Shown here: piece after piece, positions 36,725 to 45,965 of the stretch
Layout: each line of letters begins with the position of its first letter
Numbering within the stretch: position 1 is the first letter of the stretch
From: Thermoanaerobaculia bacterium
GTDB taxonomy: Bacteria > Acidobacteriota > Thermoanaerobaculia > UBA5066
DNA length: 64,000 nucleotides
NCBI GenBank assembly: GCA_963719225.1
Contig: CAVRAY010000001.1
Span: 3,584,001-3,648,000, forward strand
Direction of reading: 5' to 3'
The notes under the pieces: generated by a model
Database searches by the model: none
The model's input: only the letters and a program-made list of their open reading frames with translations
What the model was told of the DNA's origin: nothing
Position numbers and translations under genes: made by a program

Positions 36725-39700
36725 ATGCACTTGGGCTTCTCGGACCCGGATCTCTTTCTCCCGGAACGCCTCGCGGACCTCGACGCTCTCTTTCGGCTGC
36801 GTCTCAGCCGGGAGAATCCCGACCTCGCGAGGCGTTTCGAGCTTTACCGGACTCTGCAGCCGCTCGCGCCCACGGAGCTTTCGGCCCTTCTCGTCGAGGT
36901 CAGCCGCCACCTTGCGGCGTTCCTCGCGGAGCTCTTCGGCGTGGCCGCCGAGCGCGAAGCCGCGATCCTGCGGGTGAAGGCGGAGGCCGTGCTCTTCAGG
37001 TTCCGCTTCTCGGTCTTTCAGAAGCGGTCCGCAAAGAGGTTCCCCGATGCCGCCTCGATCGCCGACCTGGACCTCGAGGCCGCCGAGGCGTCGGGAAGAG
37101 CCGTCGTCGACGCCCTCGCAGGCGGCCTCGGCCCCGCCGACGAGGAACGCCGCGTCGCCCAAGCGGGCTGGGACCTCTTCGACCTCGCGGGCTCTCTGGC
37201 GACGCCCCGTTCCCGCGACGCGTCCTACACGGAGGAGGCGGCCCGCACGCGCGTCGCGAGCCTGCGCGCCCGGGCGCCCGGGACCCCCCTTCCGCTTTCC
37301 GGCGACGACGCCGCGCTCGTGAAGGAGTGGACGGACGCGTTCGACGCGTGGGTGGCCGTGCTGCGTTTCAGCCCGGAGCACCGGGCCCGCACGAGGGCAT
37401 GGGCGTCCTTCGCGATCCCGAAGCCGATGAAGTTCGATGCCCTCGTCGCGACGGAGCGCTCGCGGCCCGATCTTCCCGAGGCTCGCTTCGGCCTGCCTTC
37501 GCACGCGCGGGCGCGCGACGGCTTCACCCTGACGGATCCGCGCAAGACCGCGCGGCAGGTCACCGGCGAGACCCATTACTGCATCCTCTGCCACGAGCGC
37601 GACAAGGATTCGTGCGCGAAGGGCTTTCGGCAGAAGGACGCCAGCGTGCGTTCGAATCCGCTCGGCGTGCCGCTGGCGGGCTGTCCGCTGAACGAGAAGA
37701 TCTCGGAGATGCACATGTTGCGGCGGGAGGGGGACGCTCTCGGCGCTCTCGCGCTCGTCTGTATCGACAATCCGATGGTTCCCGGCACCGGGCATCGCAT
37801 CTGCAACGACTGCATGAAGGCCTGCATCTTCCAGTCGCAGGATCCCGTCGACATCCCGCAGGCGGAGACGGGCGTCCTCACGGACGTCCTCGGGATGCCG
37901 TGGGGGTTCGAGATCTGGTCGCTCCTGACGCGCTGGAACCCGCTGAACGCGGCGCGCCCGTACGCGCTCCCCTACAACGGCAAAAACGTTCTCGTCGTCG
38001 GGCTCGGGCCGGCCGGCTACACGCTCGCCCACCATCTCCTGAACGAGGGCTTCGGCGTGGTCGCAGTCGACGGCCTCAAGATCGAGCCCCTGCCGGAGGA
38101 GCTCACGGGCAACGAGACGCGCTCCCCGAAGCTGATTCGCGACGCGAAGGTGCTCTTCCGCCCGCTCGACGAGCGCACGCTCACGGGCTTCGGCGGTGTT
38201 TCCGAATACGGCATTACGGTGCGCTGGGACAAGAACTTCCTCGACCTCCTCTACCTGAACCTCGCGCGGCGGCGCACGCTGCGCTTCTACGGGGGCGTTC
38301 GGTTCGGCGGCACGCTCACGCACGAGCAGGCCTTCGACCTCGGGTTCGACCACGTCGCGATCGCCGCCGGCGCCGGCAAGCCGACGCTCGTGGGGATGAC
38401 GAGCAACCTCATCCGCGGCGTGCGCATGGCCTCCGACTTCCTCATGGCCCTGCAGCTCACCGGATCTTTCAAGAAGGACGCGCTCACGAACCTGCACGTC
38501 GACGTCCCGATCCTCGTCATCGGCGGCGGCCTGACGGCGATCGACACGGCCACCGAAGCACAGGCCTACTACGCGCTTCACGTCGAGAAAGCTCTCGAGC
38601 GCTACGAGGCGCTCGCGGCCGGGAAGGGAGAAGCGACCGTCCTGGCCGGACTCTCCGTCGAGGAGCGGGCGCTCCTCGCCCGCCAGCTCAAGCACGGGCA
38701 CGCAATCCGACTGGAGCGCGAGCGTGCGACACGTGCCGGCGAGACCCCGGACTTCGCGCGGCTCGTCAAGCAGTGGGGAGGCTCGCAGATCGTCTACCGG
38801 CGCTCGATGGAGGAGTCCCCGGCCTACCGCCTGAACCACGAGGAGATCATCAAGGCGCTCGAGGAAGGAATCGGGTTCCTCGAGAACCTCGAGCCCGTGG
38901 AGGCCGTGCCGGACGAGAACGGCACGCTCCGCGCCGTGATCTTCAAGCGGAAGGACGGCTCCCTTCTCGGGCTTCCCTGCCGCACGCTCCTCGTCGCGGC
39001 GGGCACCTCGCCGAACGTGACCTACGGCCGGGAGAGGCCCGGGAGCATCCCGCTCGATGCGAAGAACAAGTTCTTCCGCCCGCACGTGGCCGAGAAGGAT
39101 GGCGAAGGGTTCCGTCTCGTTCCGAAGGACGACGGGGTCGGCGCGTTCTTCATCGGCACGACGTACCGGGGGAAGCTCCTTTCGTACTTCGGTGACAATC
39201 ATCCCGTCTACGCCGGCTCGGTCGTCAAGGCGATGGCCTCGGCACGGGACGGCACGTCGAAGATCCTCGAGCTCTTCTCCGATGCGCTCGCGGCCCTCGA
39301 CCGCTCCCCCGCCGCTCAGGCGGCTCGCGACGCCTCGTGGAGGTCCTTCGGCGCGATGCTGGACGACCTTCTCGTCCCCCGCGTCGTGCGCGTCGACCGG
39401 CTCACGCCGACGATCGTCGACGTCGTCGTGAGGGCGCCGATGGCCGCGCGCAACTTCCAGCCCGGCCAGTTCTACCGCTTTCAGAACTACGAGGCCTACG
39501 CCGCGCGGCTGCCGGACTCGAGCGGCGGCCCGGGCGCGCCGGCCCTCATCGAGCCATGCGCTCTCACCGGCGCGTGGGTCGACAAGGAGAAAGGCCTCCT
39601 TTCGATGATCGCTCTCGAGCTCGGCGTCTCGAGCCGTCTCTGCGCCTCCCTGAAGGAGGGGGAGCCCGTCGTCGTCATGGGCCCCACGGGAACTCCCACG

Positions 39701-40363
39701 CACCTTCCGGAGAACGAAACGGTCGTGCTCTGCGGGGGCGGGCTCGGAAACGCCGTGCTCTTCTCGATCGGGCGAGCCGCACGCGAGCGTGGAAACAAGG
39801 TCCTCTACTTCGCGGGCTACAAGAAAGCCGAGGACTTCTACAAGCGCGAGGAGATCGAGGCCGCGGCCGACGTCGTCGTCTGGGCCGTGGACATCGCCCC
39901 GACGATCTCCGCCAGGCGTCCCCAGGACTTCAGCTTCCTCGGCAACATCGTGCAGGCGATGCTCGCGTATGCCGACGGGAACCTCGGTGAGACGACCATT
40001 CCTCTCGGCGAGGCGTCGCGCCTCATCGCGATCGGCTCGGACCGCATGATGGCCGCCGTCGCGGCCGCGCGCCACGGCGTCCTCGCCCCGTATCTCTCCG
40101 CCACGCACGTGGGCATCGGATCGATCAACTCACCGATGCAGTGCATGATGAAGGAAGTCTGCGCACAGTGCCTCCAGCGCCACGTGGACCCCGTCACGAA
40201 GAAGGAGTCGTTCGTCTTCTCGTGCTTCAACCAGGACCAGAAGCTCGACGAGATGGACTGGGAGAACCTGCGCGCCCGCCTGTCGCAGAATTCCCTCGAG
40301 GAGAGGCTCGCGAACCAGTGGCTCGAGCACGCCCTCGCCCTGGAGGACGTGCGGCGGGTGTGA
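36725..40363 (+). CDS. Fe-S flavoprotein oxidoreductase: GltD/NfnB-like module fused to an NfnA/PyrK-like module
   Basis: CILC..C..GCP and CNDCMKAC clusters, GLGPAG, GGGLTAID; C-terminal GPTG, GGGLGN and MQCMMKEVCAQC..C (2Fe-2S). Confidence 0.85.
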   Translation: MHLGFSDPDLFLPERLADLDALFRLRLSRENPDLARRFELYRTLQPLAPTELSALLVEVSRHLAAFLAELFGVAAEREAAILRVKAEAVLFRFRFSVFQKRSAKRFPDAASIADLDLEAAEASGRAVVDALAGGLGPADEERRVAQAGWDLFDLAGSLATPRSRDASYTEEAARTRVASLRARAPGTPLPLSGDDAALVKEWTDAFDAWVAVLRFSPEHRARTRAWASFAIPKPMKFDALVATERSRPDLPEARFGLPSHARARDGFTLTDPRKTARQVTGETHYCILCHERDKDSCAKGFRQKDASVRSNPLGVPLAGCPLNEKISEMHMLRREGDALGALALVCIDNPMVPGTGHRICNDCMKACIFQSQDPVDIPQAETGVLTDVLGMPWGFEIWSLLTRWNPLNAARPYALPYNGKNVLVVGLGPAGYTLAHHLLNEGFGVVAVDGLKIEPLPEELTGNETRSPKLIRDAKVLFRPLDERTLTGFGGVSEYGITVRWDKNFLDLLYLNLARRRTLRFYGGVRFGGTLTHEQAFDLGFDHVAIAAGAGKPTLVGMTSNLIRGVRMASDFLMALQLTGSFKKDALTNLHVDVPILVIGGGLTAIDTATEAQAYYALHVEKALERYEALAAGKGEATVLAGLSVEERALLARQLKHGHAIRLERERATRAGETPDFARLVKQWGGSQIVYRRSMEESPAYRLNHEEIIKALEEGIGFLENLEPVEAVPDENGTLRAVIFKRKDGSLLGLPCRTLLVAAGTSPNVTYGRERPGSIPLDAKNKFFRPHVAEKDGEGFRLVPKDDGVGAFFIGTTYRGKLLSYFGDNHPVYAGSVVKAMASARDGTSKILELFSDALAALDRSPAAQAARDASWRSFGAMLDDLLVPRVVRVDRLTPTIVDVVVRAPMAARNFQPGQFYRFQNYEAYAARLPDSSGGPGAPALIEPCALTGAWVDKEKGLLSMIALELGVSSRLCASLKEGEPVVVMGPTGTPTHLPENETVVLCGGGLGNAVLFSIGRAARERGNKVLYFAGYKKAEDFYKREEIEAAADVVVWAVDIAPTISARRPQDFSFLGNIVQAMLAYADGNLGETTIPLGEASRLIAIGSDRMMAAVAAARHGVLAPYLSATHVGIGSINSPMQCMMKEVCAQCLQRHVDPVTKKESFVFSCFNQDQKLDEMDWENLRARLSQNSLEERLANQWLEHALALEDVRRV

Positions 40364-40486
40364 GGAGCGCGGCCACGCTCCGGGATTATGCTCAAGCGGA
40401 GGCCGTAGCCGCGTCAGCGCGTCCGTGCGGTGTTCCGCGGGCGATTCGCGCCAAGGAGTAAAGTAGCTTCGAGGGAAGTGGACGCC

Positions 40487-40714
40487 ATGTCTTCGACGAA
40501 GCTCCTCACCGCGATCATCGAGAAGGAAGGCGACGGCTACGTAGCCCTTTGCCCCGAGGTCGACGTCGCGAGTCAGGGCGGTACCGTGGAGCAGGCGCGT
40601 TCGAACCTCAAGGAAGCCCTCGAGCTCTTCTTCGAGGCGGCAGATCCCTCGGAGATCAAGCGGCGGATGGGCAGCGAGGTCTTCGTCACTCAGGTCGAAA
40701 TCGCCGTTGGTTAG
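40487..40714 (+). CDS. hicB: HicB-family antitoxin (short form)
   Basis: 'YVALCPEVDVASQGGTVEQARSNLKEALELF'. Confidence 0.88.
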   Translation: MSSTKLLTAIIEKEGDGYVALCPEVDVASQGGTVEQARSNLKEALELFFEAADPSEIKRRMGSEVFVTQVEIAVG

Positions 40715-40928
40715 ACTGCGGGTCCTGTCGGGGCGCGAGGTCTGCGAGATCCTCTCCCAACACGGATTCGCCCTCGTCCGGCAAAAAGGTAGTCACGCGG
40801 TCATGCAGGCGCGCGGCGCGTCTGGAACGATCACAGTGCCCGTGCCGCTCCATCCCGAGCTGAAGATCGGAACCTTGCAGGCAATCATCCGGCAGTCCGG
40901 TCTCCCGCGGTCTCTCTTCGAAGGTTGA
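40707..40928 (+). CDS. hicA: HicA-family mRNA interferase toxin
   Basis: 'GF..VRQKGSH', 'VPVPLHPELKIGTLQAIIRQSGL'. Confidence 0.9.
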   Translation: MVRLRVLSGREVCEILSQHGFALVRQKGSHAVMQARGASGTITVPVPLHPELKIGTLQAIIRQSGLPRSLFEG

Positions 40929-40945
40929 GCCGCAGCGGCACTGAA

Positions 40946-41941
40946 TCAGAAGAGATCGCTGGTGCCGTCATGGAGGAGGACCGCTTCCGCCTCCTTGTAT
41001 TGGCGGTTCATCTGCTCCGTCTCGAGAAAGGACATGAAGAGCTTCTCGACCGGAACCGGCTGCCGCAGAAGAACACACGCGCTCGCGAGGTCATCGTCAC
41101 AGAAGTGGTGCATCGCGATTTCGAGGTTGAACGTAGCGGATTTGAATCCCTCGTTAGAGCGAGCCCGCCTCTGGCCCGAGAAGGAAACGCCGCGGTACAC
41201 GACTACGGAAGAGTGCCCGAGCTGCTCGAAAAGCTCGCGCATGAAGGCGAGTCGATTCAGCACGTGCTCCGCACGCCGTCGCTTGCTCCAAGAGCCAGCG
41301 AAGAGGTCGGGATTCCGAACCTGCTTGCCCTCGAATGGGACGAGTCCCAGCTCGGCCAACACGATGCGGTGCCCCTTCACCAGTTCCCCGGAGTAGGGGT
41401 TGCTCACGTACTGGACGGCGAACGCGTTCTCGACCGTCCACAGGTCTTTCGCCGACATATAGCGCCTGAGGTCATCCCACAGCGTCGGATTGCCGGTGCG
41501 GCTCTTGAAGTCCAGCGCGTCGCCGGACGCCAGGAATGCCGACTCGGCGTGCAGCCAAGTCCCCACGTCCCCGCGCAGGGAGGCGATCCGTGCCTCCGAG
41601 TTCGCTCGACACGAGGACTCCGCCTCGATTGTCAGCGGCCGGTTCAGACGCGAGACCTGTTGCGTGTAGTCCGCGATCTCCGCGTCTGACGCCTCGCCGC
41701 TTCCATGTGCAAACTGGCAGGTCCCGACTTCCTCGAGGGGCAATTCCCAGCGTGCTCCCTTGTCCTCGAAGTCGGCGACTTCGACAACGAAGAAGCCGGA
41801 CGCGCGATTCACCTCCAGGACGCGCAGGGGAGTTCGTCTTCGATCGAGCAGCCGGCACTCGTTGCCCGGGACGACGTATTTGAGATCTCCCGGAACGTAG
41901 TGGGAGTCCGGCAGCATTGCGGGATTGGACTGATAAACCAC
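40946..41941 (-). CDS. Hypothetical protein, putative R-S-ExE ADP-ribosyltransferase domain at the C-terminus
   Basis: VVVYRG ... FKSATF ... KEAEAVLL in canonical order. Confidence 0.55.
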   Translation of the reverse strand: MVYQSNPAMLPDSHYVPGDLKYVVPGNECRLLDRRRTPLRVLEVNRASGFFVVEVADFEDKGARWELPLEEVGTCQFAHGSGEASDAEIADYTQQVSRLNRPLTIEAESSCRANSEARIASLRGDVGTWLHAESAFLASGDALDFKSRTGNPTLWDDLRRYMSAKDLWTVENAFAVQYVSNPYSGELVKGHRIVLAELGLVPFEGKQVRNPDLFAGSWSKRRRAEHVLNRLAFMRELFEQLGHSSVVVYRGVSFSGQRRARSNEGFKSATFNLEIAMHHFCDDDLASACVLLRQPVPVEKLFMSFLETEQMNRQYKEAEAVLLHDGTSDLF

Positions 41942-41971
41942 GCAGCCACCCCGGACAAACCGCGAACGTCT

Positions 41972-42862
41972 CTACGGCGCCGTCAGGATCGGGCTGAAGA
42001 CGAGGTAGGGGTTCACGACGAGCGCGCGCCCGGCGGCGGCCTCGTCGCGGAAAATGGCGAAGTGGAGGTGCGGCCCCCCGATGACGTGACCGGTCGCGCC
42101 GACTTCGCCGAGGCGCTGCCCCTTGACGACGCGGTCGCCGGCCTTGAGGCCCTTCTCGTGGCGCGCGAGGTGAGCGTAAAAGAAGGTGTATTTTCCGGTC
42201 GTGTCGCGGAGGTAGACCACTTTCCCGCCCCTCTTGTCGCGTCCGAGTCGCTCGACGACTCCGTTCGAGACGGACAGAACCGGGGTGCCCCGCGTCGCGG
42301 GGAGATCGATCGCGTGGTGTTTCTTGTGACGGCCCCGCCCGGACAGGAACGTGTCACGGAACTTCGCCCGGTCGAAGGCCTCGAGCGGGAGGGGGAAATC
42401 CGCCCTGAAGAGCGCCGCGAGCTCGTTCTCGGGGACCGAGACGGGACTGCCGTTCGTCTTGCGCACGACGAGGCCTGTGACCGTCTTCGCGAGGTTCTTC
42501 CAGAACGCGAGGCGCGCCGGGTTGATCGACGGTTTCCCGGAAGGTCCTTCCGCGGCGTTGTCGGAATCGTCGGGATCGTCCGGATCGTCCTCGAGGACTT
42601 CGGGATGAGCGATGCCTGCCTTCGGATTCGTGGAGCGCGCGAGCCATGCGACGTCCGCGGCATCGGCCGACGGGTAGCAGCGCCCGTCCTCGGGGTCGCG
42701 CGCCGGACAGGGCTTCGCGAGCGGCGCGCCGGAGGAGCCTCCGCCGGATGCCTCCGCGTCGGCGGCGGCGGCCCGCGCCTCGAGGAGCATCGCAACCGGG
42801 GAGGGTACGGACACGTCGCCCCCCGCGCCGAGCGCTCCGCTGAGGGCGGCCGCGAGAAGCAA
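41972..42862 (-). CDS. M23 family metallopeptidase
   Basis: HHAID (HxxxD), YAHL, VGATG, PHLHF; start uncertain. Confidence 0.88.
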   Translation of the reverse strand: MLLAAALSGALGAGGDVSVPSPVAMLLEARAAAADAEASGGGSSGAPLAKPCPARDPEDGRCYPSADAADVAWLARSTNPKAGIAHPEVLEDDPDDPDDSDNAAEGPSGKPSINPARLAFWKNLAKTVTGLVVRKTNGSPVSVPENELAALFRADFPLPLEAFDRAKFRDTFLSGRGRHKKHHAIDLPATRGTPVLSVSNGVVERLGRDKRGGKVVYLRDTTGKYTFFYAHLARHEKGLKAGDRVVKGQRLGEVGATGHVIGGPHLHFAIFRDEAAAGRALVVNPYLVFSPILTAP

Positions 42863-42864
42863 GC

Positions 42865-43425
42865 TCAGGAAACACGCTCCAGGTAACCGTCGTCGCGCGT
42901 GTCGATCTTGATCACCGTTCCCGCCTCGACGAACTGCGGCACCTGTACGACGAGACCCGTCTCGAGCTTCGCCGGCTTGTAGGACGCCGACGCGGTCGCG
43001 CCCTTCATGCCCGGCTCGACCTCGACGATCTTGAGGTTCACGGTCGTCGGAAGCTCGACCGAAACCGGATTGCCGTCGTAGAAGTCGACCTGGATGACGG
43101 TTTCGGGCAGGAGGTACTTCATGGAGTCGCCCACGACCTCGTCGTCGAGACGGATCTGGTCGAACGTCTCCTGGTTCATGAAGTGATGGCCCTGGCCGTC
43201 CGAATAGAGGTACTGCATCTCGTGCGTGTCGAGGGAGGCCTTTTCGACCTTGTCCTCGGACCGGAACCGGTGCTCGTTCATCGCTCCGGATTTCAGGTTC
43301 CGAAGCTTCGCCTGGACGAATCCGCGGAGGTTGCCGGGGGTCTTGTGGAGGACGCTGTGCGCCCGGTGCAGCTCGCCGTTGTAGACGATGATCATTCCGG
43401 GGCGGATTTCAGTTGCGGAAATCAT
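42865..43425 (-). CDS. efp: Translation elongation factor P
   Basis: HKTPGNLRGFVQ, YLY, KPAKLETG, IKIDTR..YLER. Confidence 0.95.
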   Translation of the reverse strand: MISATEIRPGMIIVYNGELHRAHSVLHKTPGNLRGFVQAKLRNLKSGAMNEHRFRSEDKVEKASLDTHEMQYLYSDGQGHHFMNQETFDQIRLDDEVVGDSMKYLLPETVIQVDFYDGNPVSVELPTTVNLKIVEVEPGMKGATASASYKPAKLETGLVVQVPQFVEAGTVIKIDTRDDGYLERVS

Positions 43426-43539
43426 TCATTCTCCAGAAGTTCCTTGGATTCCGCTCCGGCGCACGTAACAAGGGCCACGAGGGCGACCTGACCCCACCCG
43501 ACCTGCTGGCGGACGACTAGCCTAACCCAGGCTTCCCCG

Positions 43540-43576
43540 AAAAGACAAGCGGCCCGAACCTTCCAGCCCGGGCCGC
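43540..43576 (-). terminator. Putative intrinsic terminator after the OmpA-family gene
   Basis: GCGGCCCG...CGGGCCGC hairpin followed by TTGTCTTTT on the minus strand. Confidence 0.55.
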
Positions 43577-43601
43577 GGAAACGCCGGAAACAGACCCTTT
43601 T

Positions 43602-44438
43602 TCAGCGCTTCGTGATGATGAAGTGCGCCCTGCGGTTCGACGCGTAGGCCGCCTCGGTCGTGCCCGTCGCGAAAGGCTTCTCTTCTCCGACCGACGTGAC
43701 CGTCAGGCGGGCCGGATCCACACCGAGCTTCACCATCCAGTCGCGCGTGATCCGGGCGCGCTTCTCGCCGAGGATCTGGTTGTACTTGATCGAGCCACGC
43801 TGGTCGCAGTGACCCTCGATCGTGACCAGCGTGTCGGGATGATTCTGGATCCACTCGGCCCCGCGCTTGAGGCGCTCGTGATACTCCGGTTTGATGACGA
43901 ACTTGTCGTAGTCGAAGAAGATATCTTCGAGATAGCCGCCCTTCTGCGTGATCGTCACCATCTCCTGCTCGATCGGGGGCGGAGGTGGAGGCGGCGGAGG
44001 CATGGGAGTCGGAACCGGTGTCGGCTCGGGTGTCGGCTGAGGCGGCGGGGGCGCGCAGGTGAATTTCACGGAGGCGGTCTCACGGCGCTTCCCGTTCGCG
44101 CCGATCACCCAGGCGTTCGCCGTGTGCGGGCCCGTCGAAACGTTGTTGAAGGTCGCGGTGGGCGGAGTCGCCCCCGCCGGGATCGTTTGCGCGGCCCCGT
44201 TGTCGAGGGAAACCTCGTAGGCCTTCGGGGGGAAGTTGCAGTAGTCCCCGGCCACGGTCGTGACGGTCACGGCAACGGCCCGGCAGGCCTCCGCGGAGAG
44301 CGTTCCGCCCCCGGCAGGCGCCGTGACGCGGAAGGCGGGTCCGGTCGTGCAGGTGCACGCGACGACGAAGAGGGCTGCGAAGACGGCCACGGGGCCGTTC
44401 CAACGCCTAGGCGATTTCGGAAGAACAGCTGGGATCAC
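43602..44438 (-). CDS. OmpA/Pal-family lipoprotein with an N-terminal Ig-like domain and Pro-rich linker
   Basis: AGGAGG RBS before GTG 44438; lipobox-like VVAC; IFFDYDK, IEGHCDQRG..YNQILG..RA, NRRA. Confidence 0.85.
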   Translation of the reverse strand: MIPAVLPKSPRRWNGPVAVFAALFVVACTCTTGPAFRVTAPAGGGTLSAEACRAVAVTVTTVAGDYCNFPPKAYEVSLDNGAAQTIPAGATPPTATFNNVSTGPHTANAWVIGANGKRRETASVKFTCAPPPPQPTPEPTPVPTPMPPPPPPPPPIEQEMVTITQKGGYLEDIFFDYDKFVIKPEYHERLKRGAEWIQNHPDTLVTIEGHCDQRGSIKYNQILGEKRARITRDWMVKLGVDPARLTVTSVGEEKPFATGTTEAAYASNRRAHFIITKR

Positions 44439-44463
44439 ATCGTCCTCCTGAACTTTCGGCCGG

Positions 44464-45948
44464 TCACGGCCGCTCGGGCTGGCGGGAATGCCGCTCGAGG
44501 CGTTGGACCGGTCCGCTGTCACCCTGGATGAGCGGGGGGTTGAACTGGGAGAACATCGAGGCGAGCTCTCGGGCGAACTCCGGAGTGAAGATCCCCTGGA
44601 CGGCCCGTTCGTAGTCCTGCCCGTTCAGCGGCGCGTAGGAGAAGGAGCCCGCGAGGCCGCCGTTCGTCCCGCCGTTGAAGAGATACGTCGTCAGGTTCAC
44701 ACGAGGCAGGTCTGCGTTGAAATTCGCATTGATGAAGGCGGTGAGGTCGTCCGCGAGGAGCGCGTATCCGATCGGGGTCAGGTGGAACCCGTCGTACGAG
44801 AACGCGCCGCCCGTCAGGAAGGAGGCGTTGATCGTGATGCCGCCGATGTCGAAGCCCGCTTTCAGGCGCAGGAGGAAATCGTTCGTGTCATAGAACTTGT
44901 AGCCGGAGGCCGCCGCGGCAGCCTTGACGGCCGCGTTGTAGTCGGCGAAGCGCTGCTTGAGGAGCGCGACGTCGGCCGCATAGATGAGAGCGCCTGGGTT
45001 TCCGGTGGCCGGGTCACCCGCAGCGGGGAGCGGTTTGTTGCAGTTTGGGAGGCTCGGCGCGACGGCGCATGGAATGCCGAAACCGGACGGCAGATACGCC
45101 GCCGCGTTCAGCGTGACGAGCGTCGTGGCGGGGATCGGGCAGGCCGGGGCGGCGCCACAGTTCTTCGGCCCGAGGAGCGGGATCGGCGCGCCGGTCTGAG
45201 GATTCAGGACGAGCTTGCCGCCGCTCGTGAGGAAGGGCGGGAGCGTCGTCGTGAACGGGATGCTCGTGACGTCGGCGACTCCGAACACGATGCCTTTCGG
45301 CTGCCTGGCCGCGAGCTTCGAGACCGCCGCGCTCGTGTCCGCCGCGAACGACGCGACCGGCGTGATCGTCACGCCGTCGATGAAGGTGCCGCTCAGCACG
45401 GCGCCGAGGTAATCGTTCCCCACGTTCTCCAGGAAGACGAACGTCGGATTGAGAGCGATCGCCTGGTCCACCATGGAGCCGAGGTGGAGGGCCGAGTTCC
45501 TGAGGACGAGATCGATCGTGTTGCGGCACGTGCCCGGTCCGACGGTCTGGGCGCCGGTCGTGGCGGTGAGCATGTCGTGGATCGCGCAGCCGCCGACCGA
45601 GAGGTTGTTGTAGGGGCGCGGCAACGCGAGGTTCGCGGGCGTGCCGGTTCCGGCCTCGGCCCCGAACGAGGGCGCGAGCGACGTGAGGATCATGCACTTG
45701 CCGATGCCGGGATCGTTGATGATCGGCTGCTGGTAGTCCACGCCGTTCGTGCGCGCGATGACGGCGCCCGGCGAGTCCACCTGGACGCGTTTCGTGAGGC
45801 AGCCGGCGGAGTAGCCGGCGCCTTCCGAGTCGCCGACCCAGGCCATGCGGGTGAGGTCGACCTGCGCCTGGGCGGTCGATGCGGTCGTGAGAGCCGTCAC
45901 GGCCGCCAGAGCGAGGGAGAAGCGGAGGAGGGAATTCAGGGTCTTCAT
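44464..45948 (-). CDS. Secreted SGNH/GDSL-family hydrolase (lipase/esterase-like)
   Basis: GDS block I, GND block III, DGFH block V; signal peptide. Confidence 0.8.
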   Translation of the reverse strand: MKTLNSLLRFSLALAAVTALTTASTAQAQVDLTRMAWVGDSEGAGYSAGCLTKRVQVDSPGAVIARTNGVDYQQPIINDPGIGKCMILTSLAPSFGAEAGTGTPANLALPRPYNNLSVGGCAIHDMLTATTGAQTVGPGTCRNTIDLVLRNSALHLGSMVDQAIALNPTFVFLENVGNDYLGAVLSGTFIDGVTITPVASFAADTSAAVSKLAARQPKGIVFGVADVTSIPFTTTLPPFLTSGGKLVLNPQTGAPIPLLGPKNCGAAPACPIPATTLVTLNAAAYLPSGFGIPCAVAPSLPNCNKPLPAAGDPATGNPGALIYAADVALLKQRFADYNAAVKAAAAASGYKFYDTNDFLLRLKAGFDIGGITINASFLTGGAFSYDGFHLTPIGYALLADDLTAFINANFNADLPRVNLTTYLFNGGTNGGLAGSFSYAPLNGQDYERAVQGIFTPEFARELASMFSQFNPPLIQGDSGPVQRLERHSRQPERP

Positions 45949-45965
45949 GGTCTTCTTGTGCTCCC

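Noticed and set aside
33976-39195. 1739-aa plus-strand ORF and other long antisense or alternate-frame ORFs (e.g. 36707..40108 -, 24915..27074 -, 18928..21021 +)
   Set aside because: Shadow ORFs typical of high-GC DNA. They overlap genes with clear motifs and have Arg/Pro-rich or antisense-type composition without motifs.
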